Origin: Anaerolineales bacterium
GTDB lineage: Bacteria; Chloroflexota; Anaerolineae; Anaerolineales; UBA11858
Assembly (NCBI GenBank): GCA_016785015.1
Contig: JADHTJ010000006.1
Location: 18,927 to 82,926, forward strand
Reading direction: 5' to 3'
DNA: 64,000 nt
Below are positions 1 through 9,518 of this stretch, in pieces (the first letter of the stretch is position 1; each line of letters starts with the position of its first letter). Both the position numbers and the translations under genes were made by a program. Under the pieces are notes generated by a model, which was given only the letters and a program-made list of their open reading frames with translations, ran no database searches and was not told the DNA's origin.

Positions 1-569
1 CAGCTCCAAAAATAGGGCCTCCCAGCGTCCAATAACCTTGCTTCTCCACCTTGGCTGGGCACAGAATATAACGCCATGCCGCGGCTGAAATTTGAATCGG
101 CCAGAAAACCTAACTGATCATTGGTAGGTGACCAGGATATATAAAAGGGGAAGAACTGATCGCTGGTAAAAGTTTCAACAAGCTCTAAATTGTCCAATGA
201 AACCGTGAAGACACTCGCCGTATCAATCTCCTGGCTGCCCATTGAGCCGTTCACGCCCACGAAAGCTATCTGGCTGCTGTCAAATGACCAGGCAGGAGTC
301 TGGTATACCACAACTGAGTTGTCGTCCGCCGACCCGAAACGCGCATCAGTGGTGATCTGTTTATTTTTGCCACCCGCCTGATCCATTGTGTAGATATTGC
401 CATCCACTCCGACGTACGCAATCAGGCCAGATTTCCTCTCCAGGTTAGCCATCATCGGACTCTGCTCCATGCGCTGATTTGAAAGTGAACTGCATGAAGC
501 CAATATCAAGGAAATCATTAACGCCAATAATGTGATTCCAAATGCCTTAGAATTTTTTCTTAACCACAT
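1..569 (-). CDS. TolB-like/PD40 beta-propeller lipoprotein (partial, runs off window start)
   Basis: Manual translation from ATG at 569: MWLRKNSKAFGITLLALMISLILASC (lipobox), GLIAYVGVDGNIYTMD, PAWSFDSSQIAF, ISWSPTNDQLGF (PD40-type motifs). Not in the ORF track because it is truncated. Confidence 0.75.
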   Translation of the reverse strand, partial: MWLRKNSKAFGITLLALMISLILASCSSLSNQRMEQSPMMANLERKSGLIAYVGVDGNIYTMDQAGGKNKQITTDARFGSADDNSVVVYQTPAWSFDSSQIAFVGVNGSMGSQEIDTASVFTVSLDNLELVETFTSDQFFPFYISWSPTNDQLGFLADSNFSRGMALYSVPSQGGEARLLDAGRPYFWS

Positions 570-591
570 AATCTAAAACCTCTCAATAACT

Positions 592-694
592 TTACCGCAG
601 AGATGCTGAGGACGCGGAGTATATAAATCGGGATATTGCTACAAAATTAATAATCTCTGCTGTTTTCTCTGTGCACTCCGCGACTCTGCGGTAA
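592..694. repeat. Inverted repeat built from 9-nt tandem units (accgcagag-atgctgagg-acgcggag ... ctctgtg-ctccgcg-ctctgcggt)
   Basis: ttaccgcagag at 592 pairs with ctctgcggtaa ending about 694. Related arrays occur near 44345/44740, 25105-25225 and 48964-49125. Confidence 0.6.
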
Positions 695-701
695 ATAAAA
701 A

Positions 702-1964
702 TTATTGGTCCAGTAAATACTTCAACGCGGCATCAACCACAAGATCATTCCCAGGCTCCTGGGTCTCCCAAAGAGCCTCGATCACAATGTCCGGTTGAAC
801 TCCCAAGATCCCGATTTGACGCTGATCTGCAGGGACAAAGGTTGTAGTCGCAATTGACAGCACTGAGCCATCGGGCAGCGGAAAACTCTCCGAGCCTTCG
901 ATCAGCCCCAGGGTGGGCAACCCCATCACAGTCGCGCGATTGCTGATCTGCATCGCTGCTGCAAAAATCTCCGACTGCCCCCAGGTATCTGGACCAATCA
1001 AAATGACAACAGGGATATTCTGGGAATTGAAATAATCCTCGGCAACAACATTCGCCGGAAACCCGCCGGTCCGAGACATGGTCATCCCAACTTGTCCGTC
1101 GGTGAACATAGACAGCAATTGTACAAGCGGCCAACTGCTGCCTGAAGAAACGCGCAGATCTATGATCAGCCCTTCGATTGCCTGCGTCTCACTAAAAGCC
1201 TGGAACGTGGCAAAGAAGTCAAAGGCCATATCCCCATAAGTGATGCGGGGGAATTCTGCATAGACAACACTCGTACTATCGATAAAATCCATGGAGATTT
1301 TTTTAGATTGGGGCACCACACTGCCGCGCGTCACCACTACGATGCGTTGATCTTTTCCTGGAGATTGCACAGTCAGCGCGACATCGGAGCCGGCCGGTCC
1401 GCGCACGCGCTGCACAGTATTGAAACCTTCGCCGGCAGTAAACGGCAATCCATCGATCGCATAAATGCTATCGCGGTCACGAAGGCCTGCTGTTTCTGCC
1501 GGGGAACCGTTCATGACTTCAACCAAGACGATATGCGGCTCAGGTTGCTCGCGGAAGCTGACAAAGGCCCCAATGCCTTGATATGAAATATCTTCGCTGG
1601 ATAGGTCTAGCGCAAGGCGTTCTTCACGCGATTGCCAACTGGCCGTATTTCCGGGGAAATTGGTCAACATCTCATGAATCAGCGCGGAAAAATCTTCGCC
1701 CGAAATCATTGAGAGCACCTGAATTTTGTATTGATCTTTGAGAGCCTGCAATTCCCCAGCCAAAACTTCGCCGTAGATATAATGCGTTTCGATCGTCTCC
1801 CAAAGCGCATCAAAGGTTTCAAGATGATGGTTTTGGGTGGGTACCAGAACAGGCTCTGGAGTAGGCGTCGTGGTGGGCTCAGCTTTTAGCCCCGAACAAG
1901 CTGAAAGCAAGATACTAAAAACCGCAACCAAAAATATCAGGAATCTTCGTGAGTGTTTGATCAT
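702..1964 (-). CDS. S41 (CtpA/Tsp-like) peptidase-family lipoprotein with PDZ domain, probably catalytically degenerate
   Basis: Lipobox LLSAC; PDZ (GIGA...GSPAETAGL..D.I.AIDG); IIDLR; GVQPDI. The catalytic region reads TWGQSE rather than SASASE. Confidence 0.85.
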   Translation of the reverse strand: MIKHSRRFLIFLVAVFSILLSACSGLKAEPTTTPTPEPVLVPTQNHHLETFDALWETIETHYIYGEVLAGELQALKDQYKIQVLSMISGEDFSALIHEMLTNFPGNTASWQSREERLALDLSSEDISYQGIGAFVSFREQPEPHIVLVEVMNGSPAETAGLRDRDSIYAIDGLPFTAGEGFNTVQRVRGPAGSDVALTVQSPGKDQRIVVVTRGSVVPQSKKISMDFIDSTSVVYAEFPRITYGDMAFDFFATFQAFSETQAIEGLIIDLRVSSGSSWPLVQLLSMFTDGQVGMTMSRTGGFPANVVAEDYFNSQNIPVVILIGPDTWGQSEIFAAAMQISNRATVMGLPTLGLIEGSESFPLPDGSVLSIATTTFVPADQRQIGILGVQPDIVIEALWETQEPGNDLVVDAALKYLLDQ

Positions 1965-2120
1965 CTTTAGACAGAAAACAACTTCATAAAAAGGTCTAAA
2001 TAATTGGACTGCTTTTGTAATATATTAACCTGTTTTTTTAGTTTTAGGTTCATCGAGACATGAAAATTCAATGAGAATGTGCACCAGTCCAAATACCAGA
2101 AATATTTACCTCCTAAATGA

Positions 2121-2156
2121 AAACACTGCTGGTTTCAAATTCGCCAGCAGTGTTCA
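2121..2156 (-). terminator. Intrinsic terminator downstream of mgsA
   Basis: aacactgctgg-N-ccagcagtgtt stem, with a T-run on the minus strand. Confidence 0.65.
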
Positions 2157-2180
2157 TAGCTCTACTATACAAACTACAAA

Positions 2181-2618
2181 CTATCGTTTGAACTCAGGGG
2201 TGCGCCTCTCATAGATCTCTTTCATTAGGGGAGAAGAAACCATAAAATCAGCTGAGGCTCGATTGGTGGCAACGGGGATATTCCACACTTGGGCCATGCG
2301 CAACAAAGCTTTTACGTCCGGATCATGCGGCTGCGCTTCCAGGGGGTCCCAGAAGAAAATCAAAATGTCAATCTGGCCCTCGGCGATTTTTGCTCCCAAT
2401 TGCATATCCCCGCCAATGGGCCCGCTGAGCAGTTTGTTGATTGGCAAATCCAAGGCTTCTTCAATTACTTGCCCGGTTGTGCCCGTGGCATACAGATGAT
2501 GTCGGGATAATGAGGTGCGATTGAAATGCGCCCACTCTAAAAGGTCATCTTTTTGATTATCGTGAGCGACCAGGGCAATATGCTTCTTGGACACCATGAC
2601 GGCTTTTTGCGTTTCCAT
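2181..2618 (-). CDS. mgsA: Methylglyoxal synthase
   Basis: [40 protein letters not shown] signature. Confidence 0.97.
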   Translation of the reverse strand: METQKAVMVSKKHIALVAHDNQKDDLLEWAHFNRTSLSRHHLYATGTTGQVIEEALDLPINKLLSGPIGGDMQLGAKIAEGQIDILIFFWDPLEAQPHDPDVKALLRMAQVWNIPVATNRASADFMVSSPLMKEIYERRTPEFKR

Positions 2619-2645
2619 GCCTACCTCGTGCCTGGTAACAGCATC

Positions 2646-2843
2646 CTAATGATGATCATGCCCCTCGGCCTTCAGGTTTTCTACACCTGGAAGTTTTCCA
2701 ACTAACATCTGCGGTTTGTGGATCAATACGGGTAAATGTTGAGGGCAAATGCCATAATTATTGCTCTGATATTCTACGCTAATAACCGGGACCTCGTCAC
2801 TCGTGCGCCCACAATGCACACATTCTAGTATATTGTCTGACAT
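2646..2843 (-). CDS. Small hypothetical protein with CxxC...CxxH (possible Zn binding)
   Basis: 65 aa, RBS aaggag, CVHC...CPQH; lies just upstream of mgsA on the same strand. Confidence 0.7.
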   Translation of the reverse strand: MSDNILECVHCGRTSDEVPVISVEYQSNNYGICPQHLPVLIHKPQMLVGKLPGVENLKAEGHDHH

Positions 2844-2890
2844 ATTTATCTCCTTAATTTATTGTGATGTCCAAGTATACCGCGGGAAAA

Positions 2891-2926
2891 CCAATACTAG
2901 TTTGCGCTAGCGCAAACTAGTATTGG
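2891..2926. repeat. Perfect 36-bp palindrome upstream of the 65-aa ORF/mgsA
   Basis: ccaatactagtttgcgctagcgcaaactagtattgg. Confidence 0.8.
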
Positions 2927-2992
2927 AAAATTTGATCTAATGAAAGTATTGCTTGCCCATCAGATTAGTACTCATCTCAAAAATGAACTAAT

Positions 2993-3089
2993 TGTCACTC
3001 TGAGAGAGCGAAATAAGCGCGGCGGCTGAAGCGACCGAAGAGTCTATTGTGCTAAAGTTGCCAGATCCCTCGCTGCGCTCAGGATGACA
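2993..3089. repeat. TGTCA...TGACA palindromic repeat (family A)
   Basis: tgtcactctgag...cgaagagtct ... agatccctcgctgcgctcaggatgaca. Confidence 0.8.
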
Positions 3090-3119
3090 TTCTTGAGATA
3101 GTAACTAGTTTATTTCGAA

Positions 3120-4859
3120 TTACTTTCTTCGAAAAGTAATCACTATGAACACACCCATGACCACAATCACTAATATGACGAGTGGGATGATCGGTGTGGC
3201 TTTCTCCACAATACCCGCCTCTGGGATGGGTGTACGTGTTGGGCTGGGCGTTGGCGTCACATCGGGAGTTGGTTCTGCTACACAATCATTCGAAGTGATC
3301 ACAATGTTGTAGAAGACATCCTCATCGGGAGCATCGCCGCTATTTACAGTGACATCCCACTCCCCCTCAATGGGGGCCAAAAGGGTGTAAAGGCTGATAT
3401 TATCGCTGCGTTGCACTGAGAATTTTGGATATCCGCTTTCGACACCGGTGCCATCGGGATCGACAATTTCCAACACTGGCCCGCCGGAGACAAAGTTCAA
3501 CGCCAGACTCATTTCGCAGACATTGGCTCCCACAGTAATCGGGTCAACCTGCGAAGGCTGATTTGGGCTGACATATCCTGCAACTTGTTTCACTTCGCCC
3601 ACAATTCCCTGGCGGCAGGCCACAAAGAAGTTGACCAATTCCTCACCTTTTCTGGCAAAGAGATATTCGCCGTCAGTCTTGTCGGCCAGGCCGCGCAGCA
3701 AATCCCAGTCGACATGGGCTTCCGTTGGCCCAATGCCCACGGTACAGATGGTGGTATCCATCTCGTTAGCTCGGACTGGAATCTCAGCTAAAATTTGATC
3801 CTCACCGGGCCCGACATTGGTTTGCCCATCGCTGAGCAGAATCACCAACGTCGGCTTGGTGTGATCAGCATTGCGCACCAACTCTTCGAGGGCATCGTCC
3901 AGCGCAGCGTAGATATTGGTCTGGAATTGCGGCTCCAGTTGAATGATCTTACCTTCAACCGAATCAAGGTCAGGTGTCAATTCTTGGATCAAGGCCGATT
4001 CCGTGGAAAAGATCACCAAGCCGACAATCGATACTCTACACCCAGCGGTTTCATCTAAACGAGATAAATCGAGCAGGGTTCTGGCGGCAAGTTTAGCGAG
4101 ATCGATCTTGCGAGGGATGCCCAGATCATCGATCATGTTCTCATAATCACCTTTGAGCAATTCATAGTTCGCATCAACGAAATATTGATCGCGCTGGGTC
4201 ATGAGATCAAAATAGCCCAAGGTTTCCATGGCTTCTGTGCGCCCGTTCTGTTTCTCAACGTAGGTTTCCCTGAGAGGGATATACTCTGGATCCCCAAGGT
4301 ATGGCACGGTATCCCGCAAAGTTTGTTTCTGCTCTAAGCTAATCCCTGCGTCGGCACAAGCCTGATCGATCCAATGATCCAACTCAGCCAGGGTCAGCGA
4401 GACTGCCATCTGAAGCGTAAACTGCGCCGCGGCCGAGCAACTATTCTCTGCAAGCGTTCTCCCAATTCCAACACGGATACTCTCGAGGCTATCGCCAAAT
4501 TCGTTCTCTAAAAACCAGGCATCCAAATCATCCACGGCGGTCTGTAATGCATCAGTTGCAGCCAGAAATTCTGGTGCTTCAACCAGCGCGGCCAGTTGAT
4601 CGTTAATCTCCTGCAACTCTGTGCCACCTTCAATAGCAGCGATCTCGTCATTAAGCGCCAACAATTCCTGGGGTAAATCGTCCGAGAGGATGGGGTGCTT
4701 CATGCTGTCAGAGACATCCAATACCAGCACCACCTGAATGGTATCGTCAGGATCATTGGGGTTATCTTGCCCAAGCGGATCAGCAAATACTGCGTTTGCA
4801 GTAACCAGCATTACAAACAAACCGACAAGAATGGACAAAGAGATTTTTCTCAACTTCAT
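3120..4859 (-). CDS. Secreted, C-terminally membrane-anchored VWA-domain protein with a large helical insertion
   Basis: Signal peptide MKLRKIS...AVFA; VVLVLDVSDS MIDAS motif; TNIYAAL, LLSDG, ICTVGIG; Pro/Thr linker and C-terminal TM helix. Likely start is ATG at 4859. Confidence 0.85.
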   Translation of the reverse strand: MKLRKISLSILVGLFVMLVTANAVFADPLGQDNPNDPDDTIQVVLVLDVSDSMKHPILSDDLPQELLALNDEIAAIEGGTELQEINDQLAALVEAPEFLAATDALQTAVDDLDAWFLENEFGDSLESIRVGIGRTLAENSCSAAAQFTLQMAVSLTLAELDHWIDQACADAGISLEQKQTLRDTVPYLGDPEYIPLRETYVEKQNGRTEAMETLGYFDLMTQRDQYFVDANYELLKGDYENMIDDLGIPRKIDLAKLAARTLLDLSRLDETAGCRVSIVGLVIFSTESALIQELTPDLDSVEGKIIQLEPQFQTNIYAALDDALEELVRNADHTKPTLVILLSDGQTNVGPGEDQILAEIPVRANEMDTTICTVGIGPTEAHVDWDLLRGLADKTDGEYLFARKGEELVNFFVACRQGIVGEVKQVAGYVSPNQPSQVDPITVGANVCEMSLALNFVSGGPVLEIVDPDGTGVESGYPKFSVQRSDNISLYTLLAPIEGEWDVTVNSGDAPDEDVFYNIVITSNDCVAEPTPDVTPTPSPTRTPIPEAGIVEKATPIIPLVILVIVVMGVFIVITFRRK

Positions 4860-4984
4860 GGGGAACCTCCCGGCATCGTATGGCTCATGAGAAGTAATGG
4901 ACAAGATTATTCTAGCACAAGAAATTCTTCGCCGGTATCCTGCCGATGTACTAGAGGAAAGGTATGTCAAATTTCATTTATTAA

Positions 4985-5078
4985 CTTACGTTACGCACAC
5001 GTAGCGGGAAAGTCCTGAAAATAGGGTGTGGGGACTTCGTCTCCGCACCCTATTTTCAGGGATATTTCTCTAAGTGCG
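4985..5078. mobile_element. Truncated MITE-like element (GTTACGCA end) carrying a long hairpin
   Basis: cttacgttacgca end plus tcctgaaaatagggtg...caccctattttcaggga hairpin; similar to 6587 and 38424 in opposite orientation. Confidence 0.6.
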
Positions 5079-5221
5079 CGCTGTGCGACCTCGATGGTGC
5101 GTGATTTGGAATTAGCGGTTATTTATATATTTGCGGTTGACGTACCGCCAGAAAAAATTATCGGCGCATCAAAAGAAAGTATAATTATCACCATACACCG
5201 AAAACATCAAAGGAAAACAAT

Positions 5222-6406
5222 ATGTCAAAGGTCACCATCAGGCCAGTGGTTGGGGATGAAATGCTCGAAATTGCTTACTGGATGTCCAGTTATGCATTCA
5301 GGCCATCACCGCCCTTCCCAAACAAAGAAGAACGCTTTGAGATCATCAGGAGTCGCAAAGGCATTGATTATTTCGCCCTGTTCGAGGATGATAAACCCGC
5401 GGCCGTAGCCGCCAGCACTCCCTTATCCCAGAATGTGCGTGGCTCAATTTACCAGATGAGCGGCATATACAATGTTGTGACGCATCCGGCCTACAGGCGC
5501 AATGGATACTCCAGGCAAGTTCTCGCAGCGCTACTCGCCACTGTTCGCGACAAAGGCTGGCCTTTTACCTGTCTTTACCCCTTCCGAGAGTCATTCTATG
5601 AGCGGCTTGGGTATATCACCTTCCCACAACCAAAAATCGCCAAGTTCGCAGTGTCAACATTGCAACCCTTATTAAAGGAAGATCTCGCTGGGGAAGTTGA
5701 AATCATCATGATCAAGGATGGCTATCAAGCGTATCGAGATTGGCTTTACGATATGCAGCCGAGTGTTCACGGTATGGGGGTTTTCAAATACGGCAATGAA
5801 GCCGGCGCAGCAGCTAATCAAAGTTGGGTTGCCATCGCCCGAGAAGAAGGCGAACCGGTAGGGTTCATGTTGTATTCGTTGAAGGGTGAAGAAGTTACTA
5901 AGTTCAATTTCCGCGCACAGCGCTTCCATTACAAAAATAGCCTGGGAAGGTATTTGCTCCTAGAGTGGATTGCGCGCCACATCGACCAGGCCAATCAAGT
6001 TGAAATCTGGTTACCACCTTTTGAACTCCCTGAAACCTGGCTGGCCGATATGGAAGTGCAAACCGAGCCGGCCTGGATTCCGCCTTTGGGCCGCATACTG
6101 GACGTTGAAAAAATTGGCGGCATGCAAGTTGGCTCGGGGAATTTCTCGGCACAGATCAGCGATCCCATTTGCCCTTGGAATGAGGGTGCTTGGCAGTTCG
6201 AGTCTGTCGATGGCGTATTGGAAGTTAGCAAAGGGAATGATGCACAATGCGAATTGAGTATCAACGCTCTCTCAGCCCTTGTCTATGGCACGCACGATCC
6301 CGGTGATTTCGCCCTGCGCGGCTGGGGAAGCCCGCCAACTGATCTTCAAGAGACTATGCGTAGCATGTTCCCATCCATGTTGCCCTACCTGCATGAATAT
6401 TATTGA
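5222..6406 (+). CDS. Eis-like GNAT acetyltransferase with C-terminal SCP2-like domain
   Basis: VVTHPAYRRNGYS acetyl-CoA motif; LYPFRESFYERLGY; DPICPWNEGAW. Confidence 0.9.
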   Translation: MSKVTIRPVVGDEMLEIAYWMSSYAFRPSPPFPNKEERFEIIRSRKGIDYFALFEDDKPAAVAASTPLSQNVRGSIYQMSGIYNVVTHPAYRRNGYSRQVLAALLATVRDKGWPFTCLYPFRESFYERLGYITFPQPKIAKFAVSTLQPLLKEDLAGEVEIIMIKDGYQAYRDWLYDMQPSVHGMGVFKYGNEAGAAANQSWVAIAREEGEPVGFMLYSLKGEEVTKFNFRAQRFHYKNSLGRYLLLEWIARHIDQANQVEIWLPPFELPETWLADMEVQTEPAWIPPLGRILDVEKIGGMQVGSGNFSAQISDPICPWNEGAWQFESVDGVLEVSKGNDAQCELSINALSALVYGTHDPGDFALRGWGSPPTDLQETMRSMFPSMLPYLHEYY

Positions 6407-6586
6407 TCCTTAACTCAGTTTCCACTAAACGGAGCAACATTCTGTATCCAACCTTCGACTACGCTCCACTGACCGCAGGTCCCCCTTCGGTGTGTTCCAC
6501 TCCGCTCAGGCAGTTTTTGTTATTTTTCTGGCATTTGGGCGTCGCAGTCGAAGGATAATTGTATAGGTGCAACTTAGGTTACTTAA

Positions 6587-6691
6587 CTGATGTTACGCAA
6601 CCTTAACAGAATCTCCCTGGAAATAGGGGGTGGGGGCGAAGATCCCACCCCCTATTTCCAGGGAAACCTCGCTACGTGTGCGTAACATCAG
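6587..6691. mobile_element. MITE-like element, TIR CTGATGTTACGCA, with hairpin cargo
   Basis: Perfect 13-bp TIRs; flanks ttacttaa/ttacctaa (8-bp TSD, one mismatch); near-identical to 38424-38528. Confidence 0.8.
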
Positions 6692-6784
6692 TTACCTAAG
6701 ATCATACGTGCCTAAATCATATCTGGAGAATAACATTGCGCTTTCGCACACTCTCCATCCCGATCGATATCTAAGGAGAGCCAC

Positions 6785-7885
6785 ATGTCAAACGAAAACA
6801 GAACCACGCCAGAGGTAATTTTTTCCATTCAAGAAAAAGCTATTCGAGCAGAGAGTCTTCCACAACTCGCCGAAGGCATTCTTCCCGAAGTGGCCAGCCT
6901 AGCCAATGTAACTGAAGCGCTGCTATATCTCCACCCCGATGAATATTTCCAATCTTGGGGATTCCCCGAAGGGGAAATCGATAAGTTAAACGCTATTGTT
7001 CCCAAACATTTCGACCATCTTGCCAACCAGGCATCCATCCAAAAAACTGCCCTGTCATCAACTGATTATTGGAAACCCCAGGCGAAATTGATCTTGCATC
7101 CGCTGCGGGAAAACGGTTCTTGTGTGGGAGCAATTGGTCTGCTTCAAAAGGAAGACCAACTTCCCATTGCAGATGATCAATGGCAAGGATTAATGGATTG
7201 TTTGGGGAGGATTGTAGGAGGGCTTTCGGAGAGAATTCAGCTAAAAAAGCAAGTTGGGCGTCTTAACAACTATGTCACGGTTAGCTCGATGTTGGTCCAG
7301 CCCTTGGGGTTGCACGATATGCTCGAGGCGGCTTTATACTGCTGCATGGAAACTACATCTGCGCAGGCTTCATCAGTTTTGCTCCTGGGAGAAAATAAAG
7401 CGCACTTCCATTTTTACCAGGTTGAGGGTCCGGCAAAGCCGGTGCTCGATGCGGCGACTTTCCCCATTGGGAAAGGCATCGCCGGTGCGGTTCTGGAGAG
7501 CCAGGAATCTGAGATCATCAATGACGTGCAAAACGATTCCCGCTTCTATAAGAATTTTGACTCCAAATCTGAATTTCAAACACGTAATATGATCGCCATT
7601 CCGCTGACCGCTGGAAAAGAAAAGATTGGCGTGCTGGAAGTGCTCAACAAAGCTGAGGGGGCTTACTTCACCGAAAACGAGCGTTTGTCCTTGATGATGA
7701 TCGCTGAAGAGATTGCCTTTGCCATCCGCAATGCGCGCATCTTCGAGTATGTTGTCGACAGCTACTGCTTGCAGCGCCAAGGGGAAACCACATGTCGGGG
7801 ATGCAAACGACCTTTGGGATCTTGGACACCCTGCGTCAGATATCGGGAAAATCTCACCGTTTTGAATATGAAATCGCCGCTTTAA
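6785..7885 (+). CDS. GAF-domain protein with C-terminal Cys cluster and no output enzyme domain
   Basis: GKGIAGAV...IINDVQNDSRF...TRNMIAIPL...GVLEVLNK GAF motifs; tail YC...CRGC...TPC. Confidence 0.85.
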   Translation: MSNENRTTPEVIFSIQEKAIRAESLPQLAEGILPEVASLANVTEALLYLHPDEYFQSWGFPEGEIDKLNAIVPKHFDHLANQASIQKTALSSTDYWKPQAKLILHPLRENGSCVGAIGLLQKEDQLPIADDQWQGLMDCLGRIVGGLSERIQLKKQVGRLNNYVTVSSMLVQPLGLHDMLEAALYCCMETTSAQASSVLLLGENKAHFHFYQVEGPAKPVLDAATFPIGKGIAGAVLESQESEIINDVQNDSRFYKNFDSKSEFQTRNMIAIPLTAGKEKIGVLEVLNKAEGAYFTENERLSLMMIAEEIAFAIRNARIFEYVVDSYCLQRQGETTCRGCKRPLGSWTPCVRYRENLTVLNMKSPL

Positions 7886-7892
7886 TTCTCAA

Positions 7893-7990
7893 TGTTACTG
7901 TGAGGAGCACCGCCAAGGCGTGCGACGAAGCAATCACAAATATATGCTCTGACTGGCCGAAGGCCCGCCTGTGGCGTGCTCGCAATGCCA
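7893..7990. repeat. Degenerate family A palindromic repeat
   Basis: tgttactgtgagg...cgacgaagcaatc ... ctcgcaatgcca. Confidence 0.6.
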
Positions 7991-7995
7991 GATAA

Positions 7996-8355
7996 ATAAG
8001 GTGGATTTTTGTTCCATATTGCTATGCCTTCACTGAGAAGGATGGCATACGGCTATGCGCTTCCCTACTGCGAGAACAGTGCATCAAACGCACGTCATTC
8101 TCTCTAGAAGATTTCCGCGAGGTGTACCTGGATCACATCGGCAAACTCGCCAGTGTTGGTATCCGGGCGCGCTTATTTGTGAACGCCAGGATTGGCACCG
8201 TTGAACAGACGGCCAAGTGGGATGCGGATGAATTCCGTGAGCACATCGTTGAATATGTCGAACGTACGGGCTTTGATGGCATTCCTACGCTGCCTACTGA
8301 AGCGAGATTCTCTATCGATTTCACTAAGAAGCTGCCAAAAATCATAGGCTTTTGA
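7996..8355 (+). pseudogene. 5'-truncated gene fragment of unknown function
   Basis: Frame stays open for 119 codons from 7996 (IRWIFVPYCY...KLPKIIGF) with no ATG; it begins right after a repeat element. Confidence 0.4.
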
Positions 8356-8435
8356 AGAACACATTGGGTCAATTAGTTTTCCTGTGGTATAAATGTGCCG
8401 GCATACCAAAGCAAGCCTAAAAATTTGGATAATTC

Positions 8436-8981
8436 ATGAGCGAACTACACCCCGATTTAGCCCGCGTCATCTTATCAGAAGAAGAAATCCAGGAGCGGGT
8501 CAAAGAGCTTGCAGCCCAAATTTCAGCGGATTACGCTGACGCAGAACGAATATATTTGATTGGCATTCTCAAAGGGGCGTTCATATTTTTAGCTGACCTG
8601 TGTCGCCATCTGACCATTCCCCATATTGTAGATTTTATGTCTGTTTCCAGCTATGGTAGATCAGGCGCCGTCAGTGGCGCAGTACGCTTGATGTTAGATT
8701 TGCGCGAACCCATCCGAGATGAGCATGTCATCATCGTGGAAGATATTGTCGACACCGGGCATACATTGGATTACATCAATCACACATTACAAGGGCGCGA
8801 ACCCACCTCGATGCGAACATGCGCCCTTCTGGAAAAGAAACGCGAGAGCCTTGAAGTACCCGTCGATTATTTGGGGTTTACTATCCCCGATTTTTGGGTT
8901 GTGGGCTACGGCTTAGATTACGCCGACACTCACCGCACCTTGCCCTTTGTGGCAGAACTCAAGCCCGAAGCATATCAATAA
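8436..8981 (+). CDS. hpt: Hypoxanthine phosphoribosyltransferase
   Basis: GILKGAFIFLADL, VSSYG, VIIVEDIVDTGHTL PRPP motif, VVGYGLDY. Confidence 0.97.
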   Translation: MSELHPDLARVILSEEEIQERVKELAAQISADYADAERIYLIGILKGAFIFLADLCRHLTIPHIVDFMSVSSYGRSGAVSGAVRLMLDLREPIRDEHVIIVEDIVDTGHTLDYINHTLQGREPTSMRTCALLEKKRESLEVPVDYLGFTIPDFWVVGYGLDYADTHRTLPFVAELKPEAYQ

Positions 8982-9017
8982 TTTCCGACCAACAATTTGC
9001 CAATGGAGGCATCATTT

Positions 9018-9251
9018 ATGGAGAAGACAACCACTCGACCCGCCATCCCCACCGAAACCGCAATCGAATTGTGCGCTCTGATCCGCGAGGAAATCCGCCA
9101 AGAATGGCACGCTGAAGCGGCGCGCTGGTGCTGGCTGTGCGAGCAAGAGCACGCCGTGAAACCCGAAAAAATGGGCTTTATCAAGCGGCCGGGGAATCGT
9201 GGTTGTCCGCAGATCAATGCCAGGTATGCCAGGGAATTTCTCACGAACTAA
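9018..9251 (+). CDS. Small Cys-containing hypothetical protein
   Basis: RBS ggagg then ATG at 9018; C...WCWLC...RGCPQIN. Confidence 0.65.
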   Translation: MEKTTTRPAIPTETAIELCALIREEIRQEWHAEAARWCWLCEQEHAVKPEKMGFIKRPGNRGCPQINARYAREFLTN

Positions 9252-9283
9252 CGAAGCCAATTCTTAACAATTTATTTTACCTA

Positions 9284-9312
9284 TTGATTATTGTAAAGAT
9301 TTTCTCTATAAT
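9284..9312 (+). promoter_or_regulatory. Sigma70-type promoter
   Basis: TTGATT-N17-TATAAT. Confidence 0.65.
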
Positions 9313-9320
9313 GACAATAT

Positions 9321-9395
9321 CTCATTAATGTTTTCGTCGGGGGATCTTTACTAATTTGGGGCAATTTCATTCACGCTGATAGGTAGCGTGGCTAA
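9321..9395 (+). ncRNA. Candidate ydaO/c-di-AMP-like riboswitch variant (degenerate or shortened)
   Basis: Ordered motifs TTAAT...CGGGGGATC...TTTGGGGCAAT...GATAGG...GCTAAC between a promoter and a terminator; the CCCGAACCC segment is missing. Confidence 0.4.
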
Positions 9396-9411
9396 CATCA
9401 AAAATTCATCG

Positions 9412-9442
9412 AAACCGCTCACCTTTGCGTGAGCGGTTTTTT
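9412..9442 (+). terminator. Intrinsic terminator in the 5' leader of ORF 9519
   Basis: aaaccgctcac-ctttgc-gtgagcggttt followed by T-run. Confidence 0.85.
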
Positions 9443-9518
9443 ATTGATAGGTCTCGGGAGGGAATATTAACAAATTTTCAAAATTTTAGACCACCAAAGA
9501 TAATACAACAAAAAGGAG

